From Cellvibrionaceae bacterium (GTDB taxonomy: Bacteria; Pseudomonadota; Gammaproteobacteria; Pseudomonadales; Cellvibrionaceae), in the NCBI GenBank assembly GCA_050290225.1, contig JBNKHG010000057.1, forward strand, positions 46,932-110,931: 64,000 bases of DNA. Reading direction: 5' to 3'. Below the pieces are notes generated by a model. The model was not told where the DNA came from, did no database searches, and was given only the letters and a program-made list of their open reading frames with translations. Made by a program: the position numbers and the translations under genes. Of the stretch, positions 32,290-40,718 are shown piece by piece. The number at the start of each line of letters is the position of its first letter. Position 1 is the stretch's first letter.

Positions 32290-34467
32290 TTATCTCCATT
32301 TTCCAAAGGGCATGTTGTACAAGCGCTTGCCGGTAGCGGCGAACAGGGCGTTGGCCACCGCTGGTGCAATCACCGGCGTACCCGGTTCTCCGATACCGGA
32401 GGGTTTCTCCGTTGAAGGCACGATATGTACTTCGATGTCCGGCATCTGGTTGATTCGCAGCACCTGATAGTCGTGAAAGTTGGACTCCACTACGCGCCCC
32501 TTGTCCAGGGTAATTTCACTATCCAGCACCGGCGAAAGCCCATAGCCGATTCCGCCTTCAATCTGCGCGCGGATCACATCGGGATTGATCGGCACACCAC
32601 AGTCCACGGCGCAGACCACCTTGTCGACACTGAAGCCACCATCGTCCTGAACCGTCACCTCCGCGACCTGGGCGACATAACTTTTGAAGGATTTGTGCAG
32701 GGCGATTCCCATACCGCGGCCCTTGCCCAGTGTTCTCCCCCAGCCCGCTTTTTCAGCAGCTATTTGCAGCACCCTTTGATGGCGGGGATGATCAGCTAAC
32801 ATACTCAGCCGGAATTCAACCGGGTCCCTGTTCAGTGCCGTGGCGACCTCGTCAATCATGGTCTCGACGGAAAATGCGTTATGGTTTGAACCCACAGAGC
32901 GCCACCATTGGACAGGCACTGAAATATTGTCGGGGGTGCTCAGTTCCACCAACTTGTTGGGAATAGCGTAGGGCAGATGGCGTGCGCCTTCAACGGAGGT
33001 GCCATCGACACCGTTTCGAATGAGACCCTCGAACATGGTCCCCGCGGCAATCGACTGCCCCACAATATGGTGTTGCCAGGCGATAAGCTTACCGTGTTTG
33101 TCCACACCGGCTTTAAGCGTGTGATAATACATCGGTCGGAAGTAACCCGCCCTGGTATCGTCTTCCCGTGTCCAAACCAGCTTGACGGGTGTTCCTTTTC
33201 CGACTGCTTTGGCAATCTGTACCGCTTCCTCGGGGTAATCGGAGTGGGGGTTGGCGCGCCGGCCAAAACTGCCGCCTGCATAGACCGTGTTAATGGTTAC
33301 CTGCTCGACCTTAAGTCCCAGTACATTGGCCAAATGCATCTGGTCACTGGTGGTATTCTGGCACCCGTACCAAAGCTCAACTCCATCATCGCGGAGTTCC
33401 GCAACACAATTCATGGGTTCCATCGTAGCGTGGGCCAGGTACGGGAATTGGTAGGCCGCTTCAATAACTGTGTCAGTATTCTCCAACGCGGCTTCCGGAT
33501 CCCCCTCCCGGTGCGCATTGATGCCGGGCTTTTTCGCCATCTGCTTGTACTGAGCCATAATCTCGTCGGAGCTCATTTTGAAAGCCTTGCTCTCATCCCA
33601 CTGGATTTTGAGGGCATCGCGGCCCTTTTTGGCCGTCCAGAAATCTTTGGCGAGAACGGCGACCCCTGTGGGAATTTCCACTATCTTGACTACGCCTTCA
33701 ATTTGATTCGTCACAGAGGCATCGTAGGACTGCACTCGGGCCCCAAAACGGGGAGGATGGGCGACCACCGCCGTCAATTGATTGGGCAGATTAATATCCT
33801 GGGTAAAGACCGCTCTGCCGTTGGTTTTACCGCTATCCTTGCGCGGCAGGTGTTGTCGACCAATCAAAGTGAAATCCTTCGGATTTTTCAGTGCTACCGA
33901 GACGGGAACCGTTTCCCTGGCGGCGGCTTCAGCCAGTTCGCCAAAGCTGGCTTCATGTCCTGAGGCTTTGTGGCTGACCACCCCTTTGCTTACCGACAGT
34001 TCGGCCGCGGGTACGGACCATCGGCGGGCGGCGGCCGCGATCAACATTTGCCGTGCGGCAGCTCCGATAGCGCGGTGTTGCTCCCAGGAGTTGTTGATGG
34101 CTGAACTGCCCCCGGTACTCTGAACCGGCCCCCAATTCAGGTTGGCATAGTGCGTGGCATCAGCGGGGGCATGTTCGAGACGGATTTGCGACCAGTCCGC
34201 GTCCATCTCTTCGGCGATAATGGTCGCCAGCCCGGTAAATGTCCCCTGGCCGAATTCGATGTGTTTGCTGACTATGGTCACCGTGTTGTCGGGTTGTATG
34301 CGCACGAAAGCGTCAACATCAATCTTTTTTTCGTTTTCCGCCCCGATGGCATTGTCAGCCATGACTGCGCCGGATAAATGGAAGCCGAGTGTAAGGCCTG
34401 CCGCCGTAACAGTGGAGATTTTTATAAAAGTCCTACGGTTTATATTGATGCTTTCATGCTTGTTCAC
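32290..34467 (-). CDS. Molybdopterin-binding large subunit of a xanthine-dehydrogenase-family hydroxylase (IorB / aldehyde oxidoreductase type)
   Basis: About 725 aa from the GTG at 34467, with a twin-arginine signal ([16 protein letters not shown]). This start overlaps the small-subunit stop by 14 nt. The longer track ORF (to 34677) runs inside the upstream gene. Confidence 0.85.
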   Translation of the reverse strand: MNKHESININRRTFIKISTVTAAGLTLGFHLSGAVMADNAIGAENEKKIDVDAFVRIQPDNTVTIVSKHIEFGQGTFTGLATIIAEEMDADWSQIRLEHAPADATHYANLNWGPVQSTGGSSAINNSWEQHRAIGAAARQMLIAAAARRWSVPAAELSVSKGVVSHKASGHEASFGELAEAAARETVPVSVALKNPKDFTLIGRQHLPRKDSGKTNGRAVFTQDINLPNQLTAVVAHPPRFGARVQSYDASVTNQIEGVVKIVEIPTGVAVLAKDFWTAKKGRDALKIQWDESKAFKMSSDEIMAQYKQMAKKPGINAHREGDPEAALENTDTVIEAAYQFPYLAHATMEPMNCVAELRDDGVELWYGCQNTTSDQMHLANVLGLKVEQVTINTVYAGGSFGRRANPHSDYPEEAVQIAKAVGKGTPVKLVWTREDDTRAGYFRPMYYHTLKAGVDKHGKLIAWQHHIVGQSIAAGTMFEGLIRNGVDGTSVEGARHLPYAIPNKLVELSTPDNISVPVQWWRSVGSNHNAFSVETMIDEVATALNRDPVEFRLSMLADHPRHQRVLQIAAEKAGWGRTLGKGRGMGIALHKSFKSYVAQVAEVTVQDDGGFSVDKVVCAVDCGVPINPDVIRAQIEGGIGYGLSPVLDSEITLDKGRVVESNFHDYQVLRINQMPDIEVHIVPSTEKPSGIGEPGTPVIAPAVANALFAATGKRLYNMPFGKWR

Positions 34468-34939
34468 GGTCGCGCTCCTGGCCCAGCTCTTTTGCCGCGT
34501 CCTTGATAGCGGCACGAATACGTACATAGGTGGAACAGCGGCAGATATTGCCCGCCATGGCTTTGTCGATATCAGCGTCTGTCGGGTCTGGATTGGCCTG
34601 CAACAGAGCCGTTGCCGACATGATCTGGCCTGATTGACAGTAACCACACTGCACGACATCGAGTTTGTCCCAGGCATTCTGCACCGCCTGTCCCTCTTTG
34701 GACGTGTGTGCGGATTCGATGGTGGTGATTTTCCGTCCCTGCGCGGCTGTCACCGGTGTGACACAGGCGCGAATGGGGCTACCGTCCAACTGTACGGTGC
34801 ATGCACCACACAGTGCCATTCCGCAGCCAAACTTCGTACCTGTCATCTGCAAGTGATCGCGAAGTACCCAAAGGAGGGGAGTATCAGCTGACACATTCAC
34901 CTCGTATTTCCTGGCGTTGACCTCTAATGTATAAACCAT
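34454..34939 (-). CDS. (2Fe-2S)-binding small subunit of the molybdenum hydroxylase (IorA-type)
   Basis: 161 aa with two [2Fe-2S] cysteine clusters ([12 protein letters not shown]...; QCGYCQSG...CRC). Confidence 0.9.
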   Translation of the reverse strand: MVYTLEVNARKYEVNVSADTPLLWVLRDHLQMTGTKFGCGMALCGACTVQLDGSPIRACVTPVTAAQGRKITTIESAHTSKEGQAVQNAWDKLDVVQCGYCQSGQIMSATALLQANPDPTDADIDKAMAGNICRCSTYVRIRAAIKDAAKELGQERDREQA

Positions 34940-35344
34940 CTAAACCTCCGAACTTCCACATTTAATGGAAGGTTGTTGTCCCGATAGACACCTATTCCCT
35001 GTGCCTATTCTTTGATCACTAATGGATGTCGTGAGTTAATCCCGGTTGAAAACAATTGGCAGAGAATGCGAGCGCCCACAGGTGGCCGCAAACACGGTCT
35101 TGGCCACAACTGCTACAGCGCAAATAGTAACAACAGACCAATATAGTAGCAGGGAACTGAAAATGAAAACCATGAAACGCTTGCCTGTTTCCACAAAACG
35201 CTAATGCGGGGTGCAGGGATACTGGCAAAATGGTAGGTTATGTCGGCCGGGGTCGAACGTTTTTCCTGCCTTGGTGGTTGCCGGACCAGCAGGCAAGTTC
35301 AAGGCGCCGGGACAAGCTCGCAGAACCAAAAGTAGTGTCCATTT

Positions 35345-36364
35345 ATGGCGAACCAGTTATCGCATTTGTTAAGTCATTGGTATCCCAACCGCAGAGACCG
35401 CAACTGGGTGTTGGGGACCGTCTACAAGACCGAAGGCCCCTGTTACCGTAAAGCCGGTGCGATGATGTTGTTCAATGATCTTGGCCAGCAGTTTGGCATG
35501 CTCAGCGGGGGGTGTCTGGAGTCTGACATCCAGAAACATGCCGTGCGGGTGATGCAGGAGGGACGAGCGATTACCCTCCGTTACGACGGCAACGATGAAG
35601 ATGACTTGTCGTTCAGGTTGGGCATTGGCTGCGGTGGTATTGTCCATATCCTGCTGCAACCCCTGACCGCCGAAAATCAGTACCTAATGCTGGATGTTGT
35701 CCACCAGGCGCTGAAGGATCGTCGGCTGGGGTGTTTCTACCAGCGTATTCCTGACCGCTCGGGACAGGTTGACGGTTACTTCGTCACGGCTGCTCAGCCG
35801 TCCGAAAGCACCGGGTCGCACCTGGCCACCCTGGTGGAGAAAGAGGGGAGCCACTGGCTGGCGACCCCGGTTTTTCCGCCTCCCCACCTTCTGGTGGCAG
35901 GTGGGGGAGTGGATGCGCGCCCGCTCGTGGCTATGGCGATAGAACTCGGCTGGCAGGTCAGCCTCTGGGACCCCCGGCCTGCCAATGCACGACGGGAATT
36001 TTTTATGGGTGTTGATCAAATCCTGCGCAGCCCCGATGAGGAACTGGCCTGCTTTGTCAGACAGCATACAGTGGATGCTGCTGTGTTGATGACCCACAAT
36101 ATGGGCCTGGATAGCAGGGCCTTAAGCGCCCTCAGATCGGCAAATCTGAAATACCTGGCGATACTGGGTCCCCAGCATCGTCGCAATCAGGTGCTCGAAG
36201 TAGCAGGGGTGGTTGAGTCCGAACTCGGTATTCCTGTGGCCGGACCCGCCGGGCTCGACCTGGGGGCGAAACTGCCGGAGGACATTGCGCTGTCAATACT
36301 GGCGGAATGCCAAGCCTGCCTTAATCGGCGATCCGGCCGGTCTATCAGCGGCATTTTGGATTGA
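35345..36364 (+). CDS. xdhC: XdhC/CoxI-family molybdenum-cofactor insertion accessory protein
   Basis: 339 aa with an XdhC_CoxI N-domain (TEGPCYRKAGAMMLF...GMLSGGCLE) and a Rossmann-like C-domain (LLVAGGGVDARPLV). It is divergent from the hydroxylase genes. Confidence 0.8.
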   Translation: MANQLSHLLSHWYPNRRDRNWVLGTVYKTEGPCYRKAGAMMLFNDLGQQFGMLSGGCLESDIQKHAVRVMQEGRAITLRYDGNDEDDLSFRLGIGCGGIVHILLQPLTAENQYLMLDVVHQALKDRRLGCFYQRIPDRSGQVDGYFVTAAQPSESTGSHLATLVEKEGSHWLATPVFPPPHLLVAGGGVDARPLVAMAIELGWQVSLWDPRPANARREFFMGVDQILRSPDEELACFVRQHTVDAAVLMTHNMGLDSRALSALRSANLKYLAILGPQHRRNQVLEVAGVVESELGIPVAGPAGLDLGAKLPEDIALSILAECQACLNRRSGRSISGILD

Positions 36365-36867
36365 GAAAACGTTCGTACTGGACAGCCTTTTCCCGCAGTC
36401 CTGATCAAGGCTCTATACTATGACTGAACATGTTCGGGAGCAAAATATTGCTTGAACAATTCGATCAAAAAGTTGACCCATCTTAGGTTTGTATTTGCCA
36501 TTAGCGTATATTAGGATCGCTTCCTGCTACTTAAGGGATTATCAATTAAGGGAAATCGAAATGGACCTTACTCCTCCCACATATCCACAGAATAAAACTG
36601 AAACTCGATCGCATCTTGACCAACTTAGGATCCTCCGAATACTACGCTTGATAATTTTCTCAAGTCTTCATTGGTTATCGGTCCGCTGTATTGAAGTCGC
36701 TCAAGAATTGCTATACGAAGCCTCAGTTATCCCATCTAGACCATACACGTAAATTTTGGTTGGCCACTAGTCCTCTATAGCATTTATTTGAGTGCTATAT
36801 GGCTTTAGACTTTTAAGGAAATTGGTCTAAACATTTTTTCTTTTCGTTAAATTGTATAGGGAATAAA

Positions 36868-38481
36868 ATGCCTTCAAATAAAACTAAAATTTCATCTAAA
36901 TTGAATTCCATTCTTAAAACTGCAGCGACATTGGGTATAGCACTCGCCGTAAGCCAAACATCTTCAGCATATTTTGATGAGGGTGTAATTATTGACAATG
37001 AATACGGTAACTGGGGAGCACATGGTGGTACTCGCATAAAAGTCATCGATTACAATGTCGATGGCAAAGAGGATATTGTATTGGGACCAGATGGTTCCGG
37101 GAAGTGGTATTTTTTGCGAAATGACGGTGGAAGTTTTACCGACGTGGGTGCATTGATCACTGGACTGTATTCTAACTGGGGAAGTGCAGGAGATCGTATA
37201 CGCGTTATAGATTACAACGCAGATGGAAAACAGGACCTTCTTATAGGTCCAGATGCCTACGGCAAGTGGTACGGCCTCAAAAATAATGGTGGGACGTTTA
37301 GCAATCAAGGGGCAGTCATTAGTGGTCAATATGGTAATTGGGGCGCTAGCGGCGCAAGTCGCATAAAAGTCATTGATTATAATAACGATGGTTTAGATGA
37401 TATTTTATTGGGCCCTGATGCTAATGGAAAGTGGTATTTTTTACGAAACAATGGTGGAAGTTTCACAAACGTTGGGGCTCTCATTACTGGCCTGTATTCG
37501 AATTGGGGGGGGGCTGGGAACAGGATTCGAGTAATGGATTATGACGGAGACGGCAAAGAGGACATTCTGATTGGCCCTGATGCCTATGGTAAATGGTATG
37601 GCCTCAAAAATGATGGAGGTTCATTTAGTGACCAGGGCGCAGTCATAACAGGACTTTATGGTAGTTGGGGGGCTTATGGGGCGAGCAGGATAAAAGTGAC
37701 CGATTACAATGGCGATGGACTCGATGATATTCTGCTGGGACCAGATGGAAGCGGAAAGTGGTATGTCCTTCGAAACAATAGTGGAACATTTGTAGATCTC
37801 GGCGCAATAGTTACTGGTAAATACGCAAACTGGGGCGGCGCAGGCGAACGAATCCGTATAATGGATTATGACGCCGACGGTGCTGAAGATGTTCTTATTG
37901 GGCCAGATGGGTACGGAGATTGGTATGGGTTGAACACCATTGGTACTAACCCAGTTATTCCGCCGATACCAGACAACATTTCCGATCCTGAGCTAAGAAG
38001 ATGTATAGACCAAAATAAGCAGAGAGAAGGCGTCGTGAATGATTACGAGCTGACTGAATTAAATTGCGTAGGCAATGGAACATCATCCGGTCCATATTGG
38101 ATTTACAGCCTTTCTGGGATTAGGCAGTTAACCAGCTTAGAACGCCTAGCTATTGGTGGCAATTCAATTTCAGACTTATCCCCCGTTGCTAATTTAAGCA
38201 ATCTAAATTGGTTACATTTGGTTGCACCTTCTACCTACTCAAATACGTTTGATAATAATGACATAATCAGTATCAGCGGGTTGAGTCAGCTCGAGTTTCT
38301 TGCGATAGGCATGAAGTCTGATGACATTATAACCAGTCCAGCATTCAGCAGTGGATTTACGAACTTAGATAAGGTCGACATCTATACGCCGAATGACAAT
38401 TACGTTAGTTGCACGCTAATCTATACGCTGGAATCTCGAGGTATTACCGTTGGCGGAAATTATGCAGTATGTCAACCCTAG
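36868..38481 (+). CDS. Secreted FG-GAP/VCBS-like repeat protein with a C-terminal leucine-rich-repeat domain
   Basis: Signal-peptide-like N-terminus (…AATLGIALAVSQTSSA). Six ~54-aa repeats (YxNWG..G.RI+V.DYN.DG..DIL.GPD..GKWY.L+N.GG.F...GA.ITG) alternate between two subtypes. These are followed by LRR-like LTSLERLAIGGNSISDLSPVANLSNLNWLHL. The gene is AT-rich relative to its neighbours. Confidence 0.75.
   Translation: MPSNKTKISSKLNSILKTAATLGIALAVSQTSSAYFDEGVIIDNEYGNWGAHGGTRIKVIDYNVDGKEDIVLGPDGSGKWYFLRNDGGSFTDVGALITGLYSNWGSAGDRIRVIDYNADGKQDLLIGPDAYGKWYGLKNNGGTFSNQGAVISGQYGNWGASGASRIKVIDYNNDGLDDILLGPDANGKWYFLRNNGGSFTNVGALITGLYSNWGGAGNRIRVMDYDGDGKEDILIGPDAYGKWYGLKNDGGSFSDQGAVITGLYGSWGAYGASRIKVTDYNGDGLDDILLGPDGSGKWYVLRNNSGTFVDLGAIVTGKYANWGGAGERIRIMDYDADGAEDVLIGPDGYGDWYGLNTIGTNPVIPPIPDNISDPELRRCIDQNKQREGVVNDYELTELNCVGNGTSSGPYWIYSLSGIRQLTSLERLAIGGNSISDLSPVANLSNLNWLHLVAPSTYSNTFDNNDIISISGLSQLEFLAIGMKSDDIITSPAFSSGFTNLDKVDIYTPNDNYVSCTLIYTLESRGITVGGNYAVCQP
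37505..37513 (+). repeat. Homopolymeric G9 tract inside the FG-GAP/LRR gene
   Basis: AATTGGGGGGGGGCT encodes N-W-G-G-A in frame. The paralogous repeat units lack the uninterrupted run. Confidence 0.9.
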
Positions 38482-38616
38482 TCAATTAGATTAACTTACA
38501 TTGCAGAAACCCTCCTCATCATAAAAGGGGGGTAATAGAAAATCTAGTTGGCGCCTAATTCATACTACATGGATGTAGTCAACTAGTTTTCGGCAATGTA
38601 GATTTTCTGTTGGAAA

Positions 38617-38644
38617 AGTCCCAACTCAACGGGGAGTTGGGACT
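38617..38644 (-). terminator. Perfect 11-bp hairpin; followed by TTTTCC when read on the minus strand
   Basis: AGTCCCAACTC-aacggg-GAGTTGGGACT. A U-tract follows only on the minus strand, downstream of short decayed minus-strand reading frames at about 38760-39030. Confidence 0.4.
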
Positions 38645-39067
38645 ATGAAGCGTTGAATAATGTCATTATTTCCTTCGTGACTGATGGCAACGCGAGGATG
38701 GCACCAATAGCCAGATTCTATTAAGCGACCACAAGCTATCCCGTTTGGTTATCCCTATTTTAATCGTCTATATTTGTTGATTGGACTTCAAGTTTTAGCA
38801 TATCGCCATCTAACTCAGCCATCACAGGCACGCCATAATCCCAGGCTGATCGATACAGTGGGATTGTGAGTAAATCAGAATTGGATGTGATTTAGATGTG
38901 GAGTCAACCTTGGGTAGATTTAACACTCATTCAACAATTTTTCTATAATTATGAAACGATTTTACCCCATGTTGTTGAATTTAGGCCGCCAATAGTGATA
39001 ATTCGATCCGCCATGTTCATGTTTTGAAAATGAAAGAAATCGCAAATTTGGGATTGAGGTAACACAA

Positions 39068-39640
39068 TTGGTAAGGAAAATCTTTAAAAAACGAAAGAAA
39101 TCGTTACAAGAGCAATACCCACAATATGCAATTGGCAGAGGCTCTTATGGCAACCTCAAAGTACGCACTTGGGGCGAAGGTGCGCAATTGCGGATAGGGT
39201 CATACACATCCATCGCAGCTGGCGTGCAAATTTTCCTTGGAGGCGAACATCGAATTGACTGGGTTACAACATTCCCATTTAACGTTCTGTGGGAAGACGC
39301 TAGGCATTTTTCAGGTCACCCAAAATCAAAAGGTGATGTGGTAATAGGGAACGATGTGTGGATTGGTGCGGAAGCCATGATCATGTCTGGGGTAACGATC
39401 GGTGATGGGGCGGTCATTGGAGCCAGGGCTGTTGTTGCGAAAGACGTGCCTCCTTATTCCATCGTGGCGGGAAACCCCGCTGTAGAGGTTAAAAGAAGAT
39501 TTAGCGATACTACGATACAGCGATTATTGACAGTAGCCTGGTGGAATTGGGAAGATTCTAAAATCAAAAAGGCGCTTCCGATGTTATTGAACAGCAATAT
39601 CGACGATTTCCTAGAACTCGCTGAGAAGGATGCCATTTAA
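39068..39640 (+). CDS. Hexapeptide-repeat xenobiotic acetyltransferase (CatB/Vat-like)
   Basis: 190 aa left-handed beta-helix (IGNDVWIGAEAMIMSGVTIGDGAVIGARAVVAKDVPPYSIVAGNPA) with the XAT-type insert GGEHRIDWVTTFPF. TTG start with a GAGGT Shine-Dalgarno site. Confidence 0.8.
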   Translation: MVRKIFKKRKKSLQEQYPQYAIGRGSYGNLKVRTWGEGAQLRIGSYTSIAAGVQIFLGGEHRIDWVTTFPFNVLWEDARHFSGHPKSKGDVVIGNDVWIGAEAMIMSGVTIGDGAVIGARAVVAKDVPPYSIVAGNPAVEVKRRFSDTTIQRLLTVAWWNWEDSKIKKALPMLLNSNIDDFLELAEKDAI

Positions 39641-39822
39641 ACGTTTTCACTCCTGCGCGACAAGGACGTCGCGCCCGAGCCCCGGGCCGGCCCCGCGAGT
39701 GCAACGAGTGCCTTGGGTCCACGGACGGGTTCACGGCGTGTTTCTGAAGGCACCTCGGCCACTCAGGCCGGATCGAAGCCCACCTGTCCTACAAGCGTCA
39801 ATATCACTTTGAAAGACTACTA
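39641..39822 (+). repeat. Dispersed intergenic repeat element, copy C
   Basis: GTTTCTGAAGGCACCTCGGCCACTCAGGCCGG (39740-39771) matches GTTTCTGATGGCACCCCTGCCACTCAGGCCCGG (62654-62686). The tail TCAATATCACTTTGAAAGACTACT matches TCATTATCAGATTGAAAGAGTACT. A 5' hairpin GCGCGAC-aaggac-GTCGCGC lies at 39655-39674. Confidence 0.6.
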
Positions 39823-39846
39823 GAGGCAAAAAATTAGCGGCAAAAA

Positions 39847-40509
39847 ATGTCAAATCGAACCCTTAACCTGACCGACCCCTTGTACCAATACCTTCTGAAC
39901 GCATCGTTGCGCGAATCGGATGTGCTCAAGGATTTACGCGCGGAGACCGCAAAATTGCCGTCGGCGAATATGCAGATTGCCCCGGAGCAGGGCCAGTTTA
40001 TGGCGCTTTTGGTGTTAATGCTGAACGCCCGACGGATTATCGAAGTGGGAGTGTTTACCGGATACAGTTCGCTGGTAATGGCTATGGCATTGCCACCCGA
40101 TGGCCAACTGGTCGCCTGTGATATCAACCCGGATTACACCGATATCGCCCGGCAATACTGGCAGCGAGCTGGTGTGGTGAAGAAAATCGACCTGCGGTTG
40201 GCGCCGGGGAAGGAGACCTTGCGACAACTGCTGGACCAGGGGGAAGCCGGTCAGTTTGACCTGGCCTTTATCGATGCAGACAAAACCGGCTATTTGGAAT
40301 ATTACGAACTCTGCCTCAAGCTCTTGCGCACCGGTGGGCTGATTCTGGTGGACAATGTTTTGTGGAATGGCTCAGTGATCGATGAAAGTATCCGGGATGA
40401 AGACACGGCCGCCATTCGCACATTCAACGAAACACTGAAAAGTGACCAACGGGTCGATATCAGTTTGTTACCTGTTGCGGACGGTTTAACCCTGGCAAGA
40501 AAAAGGTAA
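39847..40509 (+). CDS. Class I SAM-dependent O-methyltransferase (caffeoyl-CoA OMT / Methyltransf_3 family)
   Basis: 220 aa with ...RIIEVGVFTGYSSLVMA...FDLAFIDADKTGY...GGLILVDNVLWNG.... Confidence 0.88.
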   Translation: MSNRTLNLTDPLYQYLLNASLRESDVLKDLRAETAKLPSANMQIAPEQGQFMALLVLMLNARRIIEVGVFTGYSSLVMAMALPPDGQLVACDINPDYTDIARQYWQRAGVVKKIDLRLAPGKETLRQLLDQGEAGQFDLAFIDADKTGYLEYYELCLKLLRTGGLILVDNVLWNGSVIDESIRDEDTAAIRTFNETLKSDQRVDISLLPVADGLTLARKR

Positions 40510-40718
40510 CGTCGAAAGTATCGTTGATGCCCCACAAAGTTAGAGCCTCCATCAGAAGTGGCACCAAATTGTGATTAATCTCCTCCTATAGTGCCATATG
40601 GGGCGCGAGCTTGTTTTCTTAGTATGGTTGTTAACTGTTCAAAGAAAACAGGGTGGCGCACCAGAGCGCGGACCGTTATTGGGGAAATGTCTTCGCCAAT
40701 TGAGAGGAGAGGTCGAAT

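Noticed and set aside
32977-33963. A 328-aa plus-strand ORF
   Set aside because: It is antisense to the molybdopterin subunit gene and is a shadow frame. The same reasoning applies to 30691-31569 (antisense to glgA), 41412-42197 (antisense to the TonB receptor), 57646-58824 (antisense to the TonB receptor), 52242-53264 (antisense to pqqB), 51688-52365 (antisense to pqqC) and 50734-51321 (antisense to pqqE).
34468-34677. An N-terminal 70-codon extension of the molybdopterin-subunit ORF
   Set aside because: The extension runs inside the 2Fe-2S subunit gene. A GTG at 34467 is followed immediately by a twin-arginine signal peptide, which gives the expected mature architecture.
36489-36752. An 87-aa ORF in the AT-rich flank
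   Set aside because: It has no Shine-Dalgarno site and an odd composition. The opposite strand carries more protein-like but interrupted wHTH-type words. It is more likely relic DNA than a gene.
39641-39830. An integron attC site downstream of the CatB/Vat-type acetyltransferase cassette-like gene
   Set aside because: I could not find the RYYYAAC / GTTRRRY inverse-core and core pair at the ends. No intI gene or attI is present. The segment instead matches a dispersed repeat that also occurs next to non-cassette genes.
40510-40718. A cobalamin (or other) riboswitch in the 209-nt leader of the TonB receptor gene
   Set aside because: The leader is GC-rich with some pairing potential, but I could not find a B12 box (GCCACTG-type) or the conserved GGTG...AATCC core. 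The receptor (781 aa) is not BtuB-sized.
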